Below are positions 25,653 through 36,024 of a DNA stretch of 64,000 bases, piece after piece. The DNA is from Parcubacteria group bacterium (lineage in GTDB: Bacteria; Patescibacteriota; Patescibacteriia; UBA2169). Made by a program: the position numbers and the translations under genes. Position 1 is the stretch's first letter. Each line of letters starts with the position of its first letter. The notes beneath the pieces were generated by a model. It did not search any database, was not told where the DNA came from, and worked only from the letters and a program-made list of their open reading frames with translations. The stretch lies in the NCBI GenBank assembly GCA_016181765.1, contig JACOYR010000004.1, forward strand, positions 115,937 to 179,936, written 5' to 3'.

Positions 25653-27835
25653 GGCCCCAAAAAAACAATATGAAAAGCCGCCAATCCACCATTGTTTCCA
25701 CGGAGGTTTTAAGGCAGTCCGGAGCCCCGGGCACGCTTGAGGTGTTTGATCTCTCCCACGAGCGCGCCCGGGACAAAAAACTCGTGGTGCTTGTGGAAAT
25801 AGAGATCTCAGACCGCGACAACGAAATCATCGTTGAGGATATCGTCCGGGAATTGGAGTACCAATTTTTTAACGCGCCCACCCAGGAAACGGAGTACGCG
25901 TTTGAAAACGCGCTCGCCAAGGCGAACATCAAAATCAAAGATACGCTGCTCGGGAAACCGAAAAACTGGCTGAACCGCATCCACATCGCGGTGCTCGGGC
26001 TCGCGGAGAGCGAGGTGCACCTCGCAGCAGTAGGCATGGTGCACGCATTTTTGGTGCACAACGAAAAAATCGTGGACGTGCTCAAATCTCCGAACGATGC
26101 ATCCGCGCCCAACCCCATTAAGCTCTTCACCAACATCATAAGCGGCAAACTCACAAACGAAACCGCACTGGTGCTTACCAATGAATCCGTGCTTGACTAC
26201 CTCTCGGTGGAGCGTATCCGGAAGTGCGCCCGGGAGTTTGAGGCCCCGGAGGCGTGCGCCGCGCTCACCGAACTCCTGGCGCGCGCGCCGAGCCACAAGC
26301 AGTTCGCCCTGGCGGTCGTCTCCCCCGCGCGCGCGAGCGTGGAGCCGCGCGAAACGGCGCGCCCAAGCGTACCCAAAGCGCGGTACGCGGAAGAGGCAAC
26401 GCTGGCCGCCGAATACCAGCCCGCGCTGCCCGAAAGCGCGCCCTACCCCGAGGCGATCACGCGTTTTGAAGAAGGCGGACAAACAGCCCAAGCCGTTCTT
26501 GCGCGAATGGGGCAATATTCCCGGGCAGCCTTGACGTTTATGCTCGCGACACTCGCAAAGCTCCTGGAAGCGTTCCAGAGAGCGCTCAAACGCGCCATCC
26601 CGGCCATGGTGGCTTTTGAAAAAACCGTCGCAGCAAGCCTGAAAAACGGCAATACCCGATCCTATATGCGGCAGCGGATCAAAAATACGGCGGCCGCGTG
26701 GACCCGCAACCTTGTGTACGGGCAATCTAAAAAACGGAAGCTCGCCGGGCTCGCCGCGGTGGCGCTGGTACTCGTGTTCGCGGGGAGCATCGCAGTGCGC
26801 GCGCGCCGGCAGAACCAAGAAAGCCGGATTGCGGAATTTCAGGGGCGCATCGCGAGGGTTGAACAAAAGGTGAGCGAGGCGGAAGCGTCCCTCATCTACG
26901 GAAACAAAATCAAATCCCAAACACTGCTTGCCGAAGTGCAGGCCCTGATTGCCGAGCTTGAGCGCGAATTTCCGGACGAGGAAGCGCGGTACCAGGCGCT
27001 CGCGGGCGCCATCGCAACACTTCAGAATAAGAGTGAGAAAAAGCAGCCTATAAGCGACATTGCGACTGTTGCAACCATCATTCCCGCGCCCATTTCCGCG
27101 AACGAATCCGGGCTTGCCGCGCTCGGAGAAACCATATTCTTCTACGACGGGGTGCAGGAAAAAATCGCGAGACTGGATGCCGAAAACGGGCTCCTGCTTT
27201 CGCTCGCCCTTACACCCTCGGGCATGGCCCCGTTCAATACCGCGCTTCCCCTTGAGGGAAGCGCTATCGCGGCCCTGGCTCCGCAAGCCGCGCTCATTGT
27301 GGACGCGGATGGCGAAACCGTAGCGCGCCAGGAATTCCCCTATGCCCCGGAGAGCGCCAAGCCGTTCGCCGCGTACGGCACCAGTTTGTACACGTGGAGC
27401 GCTGAAGAAAACCAGATTATCAGGTTCAGGCGGGCCGGAGCAGGCTTTACCGCGCCCCAAAAGTGGCTCACCGGAGAGTACGAGTTCGCCACCATGCAAG
27501 ACATTGCGGTTGACGGATTCGTTTACCTGCTGGACTCCCAGGGCACCATACACGCGTTCCTGCGCGGGAGCCTGAACAAGACCATCCCCTGGGGCGCGAT
27601 TGAACTGCCCGGAGACTACGTGCGGCTCTACACCACGGAACAAGGAACCCGGCTGTATGTCCTGGATCCCGCGTACAGCCGCGTGGTGATCACGAGCAAA
27701 GAGGGTGAACTTCTGACCCAGCTCACCAACCCCATTCTGAATGATGTGACGGACCTTGCGATTGGCGCGGACGAAAAGAGCCTGTACGCGCTCGCCGGAG
27801 ACAAAATCTACCGCATCAACATTCCGGACTACTAA
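25631..27835 (+). CDS. Large hypothetical membrane protein (734 aa: cytoplasmic N-domain, one TM, coiled coil, C-terminal beta-rich domain); start may be at 25670
   Basis: Coding-like composition, TM helix LAGLAAVALVLVFAGSIAV, followed by strong terminator; antisense 694-aa ORF judged spurious. Confidence 0.5.
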   Translation: MIPPRQPRPQKNNMKSRQSTIVSTEVLRQSGAPGTLEVFDLSHERARDKKLVVLVEIEISDRDNEIIVEDIVRELEYQFFNAPTQETEYAFENALAKANIKIKDTLLGKPKNWLNRIHIAVLGLAESEVHLAAVGMVHAFLVHNEKIVDVLKSPNDASAPNPIKLFTNIISGKLTNETALVLTNESVLDYLSVERIRKCAREFEAPEACAALTELLARAPSHKQFALAVVSPARASVEPRETARPSVPKARYAEEATLAAEYQPALPESAPYPEAITRFEEGGQTAQAVLARMGQYSRAALTFMLATLAKLLEAFQRALKRAIPAMVAFEKTVAASLKNGNTRSYMRQRIKNTAAAWTRNLVYGQSKKRKLAGLAAVALVLVFAGSIAVRARRQNQESRIAEFQGRIARVEQKVSEAEASLIYGNKIKSQTLLAEVQALIAELEREFPDEEARYQALAGAIATLQNKSEKKQPISDIATVATIIPAPISANESGLAALGETIFFYDGVQEKIARLDAENGLLLSLALTPSGMAPFNTALPLEGSAIAALAPQAALIVDADGETVARQEFPYAPESAKPFAAYGTSLYTWSAEENQIIRFRRAGAGFTAPQKWLTGEYEFATMQDIAVDGFVYLLDSQGTIHAFLRGSLNKTIPWGAIELPGDYVRLYTTEQGTRLYVLDPAYSRVVITSKEGELLTQLTNPILNDVTDLAIGADEKSLYALAGDKIYRINIPDY

Positions 27836-27840
27836 CCAAA

Positions 27841-27877
27841 AAACACCGGGGAGCCGTGCGGCTCCCTGGTGTTTTTG
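27841..27877. terminator. Bidirectional rho-independent terminator (aaacaccggggagccg-tgcg-gctccctggtgttttt)
   Basis: Long perfect stem with A/T runs between convergent genes. Confidence 0.75.
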
Positions 27878-27892
27878 TAATGCGCGGAACAA

Positions 27893-28324
27893 TTATTTGA
27901 GTGCAACCGTGGCGCCCGCTTCTTCCAATTTCTTCTTCAGAGCCTCGGCGTCTTCTTTCTTGACGCCTTCTTTTACGATCTTCGGAGCGCCGTCAACCAA
28001 ATCCTTGGCTTCTTTCAAGCCGAGCTCCGTGACCTCGCGGACCGCCTTGATAACCGCGATCTTGGTGGCACCGGCGCTCACGAGCTCAACGTCAAACGTT
28101 GACTTCTCTTCCTCGGCCGGAGCAGATGCGGCTGCGGCTCCCGCCATCATCATAGGAGCTGCGGCTGACACGCCGAACTTCTCCTCCAAAATCTTTACGA
28201 GCTCCGAGAGGTCCAAGACGCTCATCTGCTCTATTTTTTCAACGAGGTCCTTGAACTTTGCCGGAACCTCTGCTTTCTTTTCGCCCTCTGCCGCGGCAAT
28301 AGGCTGCTTTGCTTCGTCTGCCAT
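27893..28324 (-). CDS. rplL: 50S ribosomal protein L7/L12
   Basis: Canonical L7/L12 sequence including hinge [14 protein letters not shown] and C-terminal domain. Confidence 0.95.
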   Translation of the reverse strand: MADEAKQPIAAAEGEKKAEVPAKFKDLVEKIEQMSVLDLSELVKILEEKFGVSAAAPMMMAGAAAASAPAEEEKSTFDVELVSAGATKIAVIKAVREVTELGLKEAKDLVDGAPKIVKEGVKKEDAEALKKKLEEAGATVALK

Positions 28325-28368
28325 AGTATGTCTCCTTAAGTTATGGGTGATAGATGAATAAATTGACG

Positions 28369-28890
28369 TTATGCTTTTGCGTCCCGGATGCCTCCCAGCA
28401 CTCTTACCAGGGCGCGGATCGTTCCGGCGAGCACATGCACAAACCCGGAAACCGGGGCATTGATTGAGCCCGCGAGCTTACTGTACAGCTCCTGCTTTGA
28501 GAGGAGCTTTGAGAGCGCCACAACCTGCGCCTCGCCAATGAACGCACGCTCCATGATGCCGCCGTAGAGTCGTAACGCTTCGTTCTCCTTTTGGAACTGC
28601 GCGAGCACCTTGGCCGCTGACACCTCATCCGAGAGGGCAAACGCGACTGCCAGGCCTTCGCCCAGATTTTTGACGTCTACCTCAAGCTTGGCTTCGTCCA
28701 AGACCCGCTTAATAAGGGTTTTTTTGATGACCTGAAACGCAACCTGCTCGGCCCTGAGCTTCCTGCGGAGCTCGGAGAGCGCGGCCACGGACAGGCCGTG
28801 GTAGCCCACGAACACCATTGATTTGGCGTCTTTGACGTATTGGCTCGCCTCTTTGAGCGCCTCTTCTTTTTGCTTTCTTGTTTTTGGCAT
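28369..28890 (-). CDS. rplJ: 50S ribosomal protein L10 (start at [10 protein letters not shown])
   Basis: L10 family sequence, directly upstream of rplL. Confidence 0.9.
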   Translation of the reverse strand: MPKTRKQKEEALKEASQYVKDAKSMVFVGYHGLSVAALSELRRKLRAEQVAFQVIKKTLIKRVLDEAKLEVDVKNLGEGLAVAFALSDEVSAAKVLAQFQKENEALRLYGGIMERAFIGEAQVVALSKLLSKQELYSKLAGSINAPVSGFVHVLAGTIRALVRVLGGIRDAKA

Positions 28891-29072
28891 ATGGCGTGGA
28901 TGAGACAAACTAAAAAATCTGCGGAAATTCCGCAGACGGGGCATAACAGCTGATCAACCGCAATGGGCTCTACCTGCTGCTTGTTCCTCGGCAGGTCATT
29001 GAGCTCCGGAGAGCGCCTGCTGTCTGCGGAAACATAGGTTTAAGGGCATACTACTACAACCCGGGAATGGTG
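28891..29072 (-). promoter_or_regulatory. Possible rplJ leader / L10 autoregulatory structured 5' UTR
   Basis: ~180-nt untranslated leader with hairpins (atctgcggaaattccgcagac) before rplJ; identity not verifiable by eye. Confidence 0.25.
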
Positions 29073-30119
29073 TCAAGGCTGCCGCAAGTGCCGCGCTTTT
29101 GCGGCGTTGTGCTCCCGAAGGGTGCGGCTGAATATGGTCTCCCCTTCCGGGGTTGAGAGAAAGTAGAAATAGTCGGTTTTTGCCGGGTATATGGCTGCCT
29201 GGATTGCAGAGGCCCCCGGGTTTCCGATGGGCGTGGGCGGCAGGCCGCGGTACTTGTAGGTATTGTAGGCGGAATCAATCTCAAGCTGTTCCAAGGTCAA
29301 AGCCGGCGAATCGCCGCCAATGATGTAGTTGAGCGTCGCGTCTGACTGCAGGGCCACACCGCTCTCAAGGCGCGACCAGAAAATGTCCGAGACGATTGCG
29401 CGGTCAGATTCGTGCGGCACCTCGGCCTCAATGATGGACGCCATGATGAGCACGCTGTAGAAATTTTTGCCCTGCCGCACGATCTCCTCCCGCAGATCCG
29501 CGGTGAACTCTGCATCAAAGTGCGCGACCATTTTTTCTATCACGTCCCGGGGCGCGGCGTCTGCGTACACCTCATAGGTGTCCGGGAACAGGTACCCCTC
29601 TAATGGGGCTGCCGCGGCCCGGTACACCAGGGGCTGGTGGCGGCCTACAAGCTCATTGTAAAAATTGTTGTCCGCGGAGCCGAACGCGCCGGGTACGCCC
29701 GTAAGCCGCAAAAACTCGCCTTGGGGAAAAAGCCCCTCGCGTTCCAAATACGCCGCAATGTCGCCGATCCCCCACCCCTCAAGAATGATAATGGTGCGGA
29801 CGTCCTGGCGAGCGCCGCTCGTGAAGAGCGTAATGAGGCCGGACGGAGAAACGCGTTCCGGCAGGTCAAAGGTCCCGGCTAAAAATCGGCTCTGCTTCTG
29901 TTTGAGCCACACCAGGGTCCTGAACCAAAAATCGCTCCTGATGATGCCGCGCTCGGCAAGTTGCGCGCTTATCTCTTTGACCGGGGTGCCCGGGGACACA
30001 GTAAATGCGCGGAACTCGCCTGGGACCGGAACGCTCCCGACGAGACGGAATGAGACGTACGCCGCGGATACAACCGCGAGTGCGGCAAGGGCTATGATGG
30101 CGCGTGCCTTTGGGGCCAT
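29073..30119 (-). CDS. mltG: Endolytic murein transglycosylase MltG (YceG family)
   Basis: N-terminal TM plus YceG domain signature. Confidence 0.85.
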   Translation of the reverse strand: MAPKARAIIALAALAVVSAAYVSFRLVGSVPVPGEFRAFTVSPGTPVKEISAQLAERGIIRSDFWFRTLVWLKQKQSRFLAGTFDLPERVSPSGLITLFTSGARQDVRTIIILEGWGIGDIAAYLEREGLFPQGEFLRLTGVPGAFGSADNNFYNELVGRHQPLVYRAAAAPLEGYLFPDTYEVYADAAPRDVIEKMVAHFDAEFTADLREEIVRQGKNFYSVLIMASIIEAEVPHESDRAIVSDIFWSRLESGVALQSDATLNYIIGGDSPALTLEQLEIDSAYNTYKYRGLPPTPIGNPGASAIQAAIYPAKTDYFYFLSTPEGETIFSRTLREHNAAKARHLRQP

Positions 30120-30120
30120 A

Positions 30121-31194
30121 CTACAAATACTCCTTCTTGCCTCGCAGGACAAGTTCCGCGACCAGGGCCTTTACCTCCTGTGCGCGGCCTTTATCCGCCA
30201 ACAGTATCACATCGCGCGTCTGCACCATCACCAGGTTGCGCACGCCGAGCGAGGCGACCAGCGTGCCGGGTTGCGCGGAAAAATAGTTGTTGCTTGAGTC
30301 CAGCAGGACGGATTCCCCAACCACCGCGTTACCGTCGCGATCTTTCTCGGACATTTCAGAAACAGCGCGCCAGTGGCCGATGTCAGACCACTCAATGCGC
30401 GTGGGGATCACCAAGCGCTTGCCCGTCTTCTCCAAGATCCCGCGGTCAATGGAAACGGAGGGCAGTTTGGGGAACTCGCGCTTGATGGCGGCAGTGCGGC
30501 CGCGGCCGGTGACCCTCGCGATTGCCGAGAGCGGGCCGTAGTGTTTGGGAAGATGCATGCGGTACAGTTCCAAAAGCGCGCCAACCTTCCACCCAAACCA
30601 TCCCGGATTCCAGAAATAATTTTTGTCGCGTACAAACCGCTCCGCAAGCGCTTGTTTCGGTTTTTCTATAAAGCGTTTGACCGAGTACACCGAGTGGCCG
30701 GCAAGCCGTACAACTTTTTTGTTCAGCTGGATGTAGCCGTATCCGGTTTCGGGGTACGTGGGCGGAATGCCGAAGAGGAGCGTGTGCTCCGGGTAGCGCA
30801 GAAGCGCGCTGTGTGCAGCGTGGATGGCGGAAACGAACGGCTGCTCATCCGGAATCCATGCATCAGCGTGCACCGAGATGAGCACCTCTTCGGGACAGCA
30901 CTGCGCAAGGAGCGCCGCGGCAAGCCCGATGGCTCCGGCTGAATCCCGGCGCACCGGCTCAACGAGCATATTCTCGCGCGGCAGGCCCGGGAGCTGCCGC
31001 GCGACTGACCGCGCGTGCGCTGCTCCGGTTGAAACCAAAATATCCCGATGCGAAACCACGCGGCGTACTCTCTGGAACGTCTGCTGCAGAAGCGTACCCT
31101 TTCCTAAAATTGTTTGAAGCTGCTTGGGGCGCTGTTCGCGTGAGAGCGGCCACAGCCTCCTTCCAACGCCCCCGGCGAGAATGACGACTTTCAT
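30121..31194 (-). CDS. Mannose-1-phosphate guanylyltransferase-like sugar nucleotidyltransferase
   Basis: MKVVILAGGVGRRLWPLS nucleotidyltransferase motif and GMP-like length. Confidence 0.75.
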   Translation of the reverse strand: MKVVILAGGVGRRLWPLSREQRPKQLQTILGKGTLLQQTFQRVRRVVSHRDILVSTGAAHARSVARQLPGLPRENMLVEPVRRDSAGAIGLAAALLAQCCPEEVLISVHADAWIPDEQPFVSAIHAAHSALLRYPEHTLLFGIPPTYPETGYGYIQLNKKVVRLAGHSVYSVKRFIEKPKQALAERFVRDKNYFWNPGWFGWKVGALLELYRMHLPKHYGPLSAIARVTGRGRTAAIKREFPKLPSVSIDRGILEKTGKRLVIPTRIEWSDIGHWRAVSEMSEKDRDGNAVVGESVLLDSSNNYFSAQPGTLVASLGVRNLVMVQTRDVILLADKGRAQEVKALVAELVLRGKKEYL

Positions 31195-31295
31195 GAAAAG
31201 ATTGTAGCATCTCTTGACTTTGTGTTCAAGGTGTGCTATACTTACCTTATTGTTTCCTCGCGAGACCCGTGTTTAACCCAAAAAAACACGGGTTT

Positions 31296-32342
31296 ATGTT
31301 TATATCACTATTCTCCAACCTACTACTCTCGTTTCCCCTCTGGAAACTCTGGAAACGCGGCCTTGCGAATTGTGCGGCCCTCTCCATTGCAGGGGGCATT
31401 CTGTTTGCGCCGGCCATAGCCCTTGGGGCGAGCATTGAGGCCTCTGACCTCATCCTCTTCACCAACCAGGAGCGCAAAGCGCTCAAGCTGCCGGAGCTTG
31501 TCCCGAACCACGACCTCACCCAGGCGGCCCGGGCAAAAGCCGCTGACCTCTTGGAACAATCCTACTTCAGCCACACCACCCCCCAAGGAAAACCGTTCTA
31601 CGAATGGATAGAAGAAGCCGGCTACCGCTACCTGTATGCCGGCGAAAACTTAGCCATTGATTTTGCGGACTCCCGCGCCCTTATGGCCGCCTGGATGAAG
31701 AGCCCAACGCACCGCGCCAACATCGTAAATGATCACTATACGGACATAGGCATTGTGGCGTTGCGGGGCGCGTGGGACAACAGGGAGACGACCGTGGTGG
31801 TGCAGCTCTTCGGTTCCCTGCTTACGGATGCGCCCACGGTGCTCGGACAGGCCTTTGAAAACGCGAGCGCGGGATTGGGGCTGCGCCGGGAGTCGCTCGC
31901 AACGCTCGCCGCGGATTTGGTGCTCCTGCCGAGCCTTGCCGGCAACCGCTACTTTGACGTGATGGTGCGCCCGAAGAACACTGCCACGCTCGCGGCATCC
32001 AACCTCTCGCCGCAGGCAATCGCGCAAGTTCCGTTCACAAAAATTGTACAAAACGAAACGTACCAGACCCTGCTCAAAGCAAGCTCCGAGTGCTGCTACC
32101 CCGAGACTGCGTTCGCGCTCACCGAAGAACGCTACGGCGCCCTTGCCTCCACCCCAATCTCCTACCCCACGCTTGCGTATGTGTTCTCGCGCGTGGCCGG
32201 CACGGCATCCGGAGCGCTCCCGGCGTTTCCGCAAACGCTCGCAACCAACCTGGCCATCGCGGGCATTGCAGCCCTGCTGCTGCTCGCGGCGTTTGAAGCG
32301 GAAATCAGGCGGGAGTTTCTGCGGCTCAACGCGAAACGATAG
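31296..32342 (+). CDS. CAP/SCP (YkwD-like) domain protein with N- and C-terminal hydrophobic anchors
   Basis: CAP motifs (SYFSHTTPQGKPFYEWIEEAGY...GENLA...HRANI). Confidence 0.65.
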   Translation: MFISLFSNLLLSFPLWKLWKRGLANCAALSIAGGILFAPAIALGASIEASDLILFTNQERKALKLPELVPNHDLTQAARAKAADLLEQSYFSHTTPQGKPFYEWIEEAGYRYLYAGENLAIDFADSRALMAAWMKSPTHRANIVNDHYTDIGIVALRGAWDNRETTVVVQLFGSLLTDAPTVLGQAFENASAGLGLRRESLATLAADLVLLPSLAGNRYFDVMVRPKNTATLAASNLSPQAIAQVPFTKIVQNETYQTLLKASSECCYPETAFALTEERYGALASTPISYPTLAYVFSRVAGTASGALPAFPQTLATNLAIAGIAALLLLAAFEAEIRREFLRLNAKR

Positions 32343-32850
32343 CGCGCACCCGCGCAATACGCAGGGACAACCGGACCGCGAGAGCCGCGCCAAGGCCCAC
32401 CAGCGCGCCAACTGCCGCATCCTCAACGAAGTGGACGCCGGCAAGCACGCGTCCCACGGACACCAAAAACGCCATGCCCAAAAATAGCCAGGCGTTTTTT
32501 TGTTTCATCAGGGCATAAGCGCACCCGAGCGCCCACGCGATTGCGGCATGGTCCGAGGGGTACGAGCCCCCTAAGTGCGCGGTGCTGATGAGAGCATGCG
32601 CAACCTCGCCCGAAACAAACGGCCGGGGGCGGACGATTAGGAAGCCAATCAGCGCATTAGCGCCGTACGCAAGAAGGGCGCTCCCAGCAAGGAGTATTGC
32701 CGCGCGGCGCGTGGTCCGGGCGCGCCAGAGCGCGATCAAAAGCAAAACGGCCATCACCCATATCAAATAGGACGCCAAAAAAACAACCAGGGATTCGGGC
32801 AGGCGCTCTCCCGCCTCAAACAGGGCACGGCTTGCGGATGGGCCAATCAT
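32326..32850 (-). CDS. PAP2-family phosphatase (undecaprenyl-diphosphatase-like)
   Basis: PAP2 motifs KX6RP (IVRPRPF), PSDH (YPSDHAA), SRX5HX3D (GRVLAGVHFVEDA). Confidence 0.8.
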   Translation of the reverse strand: MIGPSASRALFEAGERLPESLVVFLASYLIWVMAVLLLIALWRARTTRRAAILLAGSALLAYGANALIGFLIVRPRPFVSGEVAHALISTAHLGGSYPSDHAAIAWALGCAYALMKQKNAWLFLGMAFLVSVGRVLAGVHFVEDAAVGALVGLGAALAVRLSLRIARVRAIVSR

Positions 32851-34427
32851 ACGAGCGAGCGGGAGGCCATGTCCGCGGGAATGGGCAGGCCGAGGATAGT
32901 GAGGATGGTCGGGGCAACGTCCGAAAGCACGCCCCCAACCGTCATCTGGTGCAAGGCGAGATCGCGCTCAAGCGGTTCCGCGCGCTTGAACGCGTCCCCC
33001 ACCAGGGTGCACGGCACCGGATTGGCGCTGTGCTCTTTGATGATGTGCCCGTTTTCCCAATTCACCATCTCTTCCGCGTTTCCGTGGTCAGCGGTTATGA
33101 TGAGCACACCGCCCCGCTTGGCAACGGCGCGGGCGACCGCGGCAAGGGATTCGTCCACCGTGCGCAAACCCTGGATGGTTGCCGCGAGGTTGCCGGTGTG
33201 CCCCACCATGTCCGCGTTCGCGAAATTGGCGATGATCACGTCGTGCGCCCGGGACTGGAGGGACTCAAGGATCTTCCTGGTGATGTCCGGGGCAGACATC
33301 TCGGGCTTGTCCGCGTACGAGGCAACGCCCGCGGAGGGCACGATCACGTTCTCCTGGCCTTGGTAGCTCTTGTCCTCGCCCCCGTTGAAAAAGTAGGTCA
33401 CGTGCGCGTACTTTTCGGTTTCCGCGATATGGAGCTGTGAGAGCGAGGCTTCGGAAAGCACGCGCGAAAGCGGGTACGCAACGATTTCTTTTTTGAACGC
33501 GACCCGCACCGGAAGGTCCAGGCCGTAGGAAGACATGGCCACGAAGTAGAGGTCCGAGAGCAGGGTCCGGGGAAACTTATTGAACCCCGGCAGCACGAAC
33601 GCGGCAGTGAGCTCCCGGGCGCGGTCCGGCCGGTAGTTCGTAAAAATCACTGAATCCCCGGGCTGGACCCGGCTGGTGCCGGGATCTCCCGGATGGGAGA
33701 TGGCTGCGGGAACAAACTCCTCGTCGTACACCCCGCGTCCGTAGCTTGCCGCAAGCGCGGCAAGCGCGTCCGGAAACGTTTCCGCGGACTCGCCGCGCGC
33801 CATGGCGCGGTACACCTGCTCAATCCGGTCCCAGTGGTTGTCGCGGTCCATGGCCCAGAACCGCCCGGAGAGGGTGGCAATGGTTCCGGCCCCGAGCCGC
33901 TTGATGGCTTTATCAAGCTGCTTGAGGTAGGTTGCGGCGCTATTGTACGGCGTATCCCTGCCGTCCAGGATGAGGTGCAAAAAAACCCGCGAAAGCTTTG
34001 CCCGCGCAGCCAGTTCCAAGGTGGCGTAGATGTGGTCCGCCTGCCCGTGGATCCCCCCGTCAGAGAGGATGCCCGCAATGTGCAGACTGGAATTATGCTT
34101 CTTGCAGTGCGCAATGGCCCCCGCGAGCTCCGCGTTCTCAAAAAAGCTTCCGTTCTCAATGGCCTGGTTGATGCGCAACACGTCCTGGTACACGATCCTG
34201 CCGGCCCCGAGGTTAAGGTGCCCCACTTCGGAGTTGCCGGGCTCGCCCCAGGGCAATCCCACCGCCTCGCCGCTCGCGGCGAGGCTGAATGTCTGGTACT
34301 GCTTGAGCAAGGAGCCGTAAAACGGCAGGCGCGCCTCGGTGATGGCGTTGCCGCGCGAAGGAGGGGCAATCCCGAACCCGTCCAGAATCACGAGCGCGAG
34401 CGGTAGGTTGTTGGCGGATGCGGGCAT
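32847..34427 (-). CDS. gpmI: 2,3-bisphosphoglycerate-independent phosphoglycerate mutase, paralog 1
   Basis: Full-length iPGM with metal-binding and phosphoserine motifs. Confidence 0.9.
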   Translation of the reverse strand: MPASANNLPLALVILDGFGIAPPSRGNAITEARLPFYGSLLKQYQTFSLAASGEAVGLPWGEPGNSEVGHLNLGAGRIVYQDVLRINQAIENGSFFENAELAGAIAHCKKHNSSLHIAGILSDGGIHGQADHIYATLELAARAKLSRVFLHLILDGRDTPYNSAATYLKQLDKAIKRLGAGTIATLSGRFWAMDRDNHWDRIEQVYRAMARGESAETFPDALAALAASYGRGVYDEEFVPAAISHPGDPGTSRVQPGDSVIFTNYRPDRARELTAAFVLPGFNKFPRTLLSDLYFVAMSSYGLDLPVRVAFKKEIVAYPLSRVLSEASLSQLHIAETEKYAHVTYFFNGGEDKSYQGQENVIVPSAGVASYADKPEMSAPDITRKILESLQSRAHDVIIANFANADMVGHTGNLAATIQGLRTVDESLAAVARAVAKRGGVLIITADHGNAEEMVNWENGHIIKEHSANPVPCTLVGDAFKRAEPLERDLALHQMTVGGVLSDVAPTILTILGLPIPADMASRSLV

Positions 34428-34436
34428 AGAGGGGGC

Positions 34437-36008
34437 TTACGCCTTAAACAGGCTCTTGCCGGTCATCTCCTCGGGCTTCCGGATGCCGAAAAGGTCCAGG
34501 ATAGTGGGGGCCACATCCCCGAGGATCCCCTCCTGGCGCACCCGGGGCAGGGCAGGCCTGCCCGCGGATTCGGCGGGCCAGATCCAGCACGGAACCTGGT
34601 TCTTGGAGTGCTCGGTGTCAACGCGCCCGCTGGACAAATCTTTCATCTCCTCAATGTTGCCGTGGTCCGCGGTCACGATGAGTACGCCGCCCCTGCGCGC
34701 AACCGCATCAGCAACCGCGCCCACGGCCGCGTCCGTTGCCTTAAGCGCGATCCGTGCCGCCGCAAAGTCGCCGGTGTGCGCCACCATGTCCGTGGCCGCA
34801 ATGTTCGCGGCCACAAAATCATACCCCTCGGAAAGGGCGCGCACGATTGCTGCCGCGATTTGGGCGGTTGCCATTGCCGGAGCCTGGTCGTAGCGGTCAA
34901 CCGCGGGCGACGGGATCATGAGCCGCTTTTCGCCGGCGACCGGATCCGCGTACCCCCCGTTGAAAAAGTACGTCATGTGCGCGTACTTTTCGGTTTCCGC
35001 GATGTAGAGCTGGCGCTTGCCCGCGAGTACTGCGGGCAGGGTGCGGGTGACGTCTATGCTCGGGTAAGCCGTGAGAATGCCTTCCAGGTCCGGCCCGAAG
35101 TCCGAAAGCGCCACAAACTTCAGATTTTTTATGACCTTTTTTGGCTTGAACGTTTCCGAGTTCTTTCCGATGAAATCTTTCTGCACAAAAGGCTTGGTGA
35201 GCTGGCGCGCCCGATCCGACCGGTGGTTGAAAAAGATGATGGAATCGTTATCTTGGATCGTGCCGATGGCCCTGCCGCCCTCGCAAATGACTGTGGGCTC
35301 TATGAACTCGTCCGTAACGCCATTTTCGTAATTTGCGTCAAACACTGCAAGCGGCTCTTGGGCGCAGGGCCCCTCGCCCAAGACAATCGCGTTATAGATC
35401 CGCTCGGTCCTTGCCCACTCTTTTTTGCGGTCCATGGCAAAGAACCGGCCCGTGATGCTCGCGATTGCCTGGCCCGGGGCGAGCCGCCGCGCGAGGGACG
35501 CGCAGAGCTCGCGTCCCGCGCGCGGCGAAGAGTCCCGGCCGTCCGTGAACAAATGCACGTACACGCGCTCCACGCGTTCCCGGGACAGGAGTGCAAGCAG
35601 CGCGTACAGATGCTCGGGCGTTGCATGCGCGCTCTGGCCGTCCGAGAGCATGCCCATCAAATGCACGCGTGAGTTATTCCGCTTGGCATGGCCAATGGCT
35701 TCGCGGAACGCGGGATTTTTGTTAAAAGTGCCATCCGCGATTGACTCCGAAATGATCACCGGGTCCTGCTTGACCACCCTGCCCGCGCCCAAATTAAGGT
35801 GCCCTGCCTCGGAGTTCCCGTCCTGGTCCTTGGGCAGGCCAACGTACTGGCCGTGCGCCCAGAGCCGCGCGGTCCGCGACTCGCCCTCTATTTTATTGAA
35901 CAAGGGCAGCTCGGTTCTTGTGATGGGATTTGATTCGGAATCCGGAGCAAGCCCAAAGCCGTCCAGGACGAGCAGCACGACCGGCCCTAAAATTTTTGTG
36001 TTCTGCAT
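34437..36008 (-). CDS. gpmI: 2,3-bisphosphoglycerate-independent phosphoglycerate mutase, paralog 2 (divergent, roughly 45% identity to paralog 1 by eye)
   Basis: Same domain architecture; tandem with paralog 1. Confidence 0.9.
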   Translation of the reverse strand: MQNTKILGPVVLLVLDGFGLAPDSESNPITRTELPLFNKIEGESRTARLWAHGQYVGLPKDQDGNSEAGHLNLGAGRVVKQDPVIISESIADGTFNKNPAFREAIGHAKRNNSRVHLMGMLSDGQSAHATPEHLYALLALLSRERVERVYVHLFTDGRDSSPRAGRELCASLARRLAPGQAIASITGRFFAMDRKKEWARTERIYNAIVLGEGPCAQEPLAVFDANYENGVTDEFIEPTVICEGGRAIGTIQDNDSIIFFNHRSDRARQLTKPFVQKDFIGKNSETFKPKKVIKNLKFVALSDFGPDLEGILTAYPSIDVTRTLPAVLAGKRQLYIAETEKYAHMTYFFNGGYADPVAGEKRLMIPSPAVDRYDQAPAMATAQIAAAIVRALSEGYDFVAANIAATDMVAHTGDFAAARIALKATDAAVGAVADAVARRGGVLIVTADHGNIEEMKDLSSGRVDTEHSKNQVPCWIWPAESAGRPALPRVRQEGILGDVAPTILDLFGIRKPEEMTGKSLFKA

Positions 36009-36024
36009 AGTATGCGTACTGATA

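Noticed and set aside
25808-27892. 694-aa minus-strand ORF overlapping the 734-aa plus-strand gene
   Set aside because: The translation is Arg/Gly-rich with no motifs. The plus-strand ORF has a TM helix, coiled coil and a terminator directly after its stop. The minus ORF was judged a GC-driven artefact.
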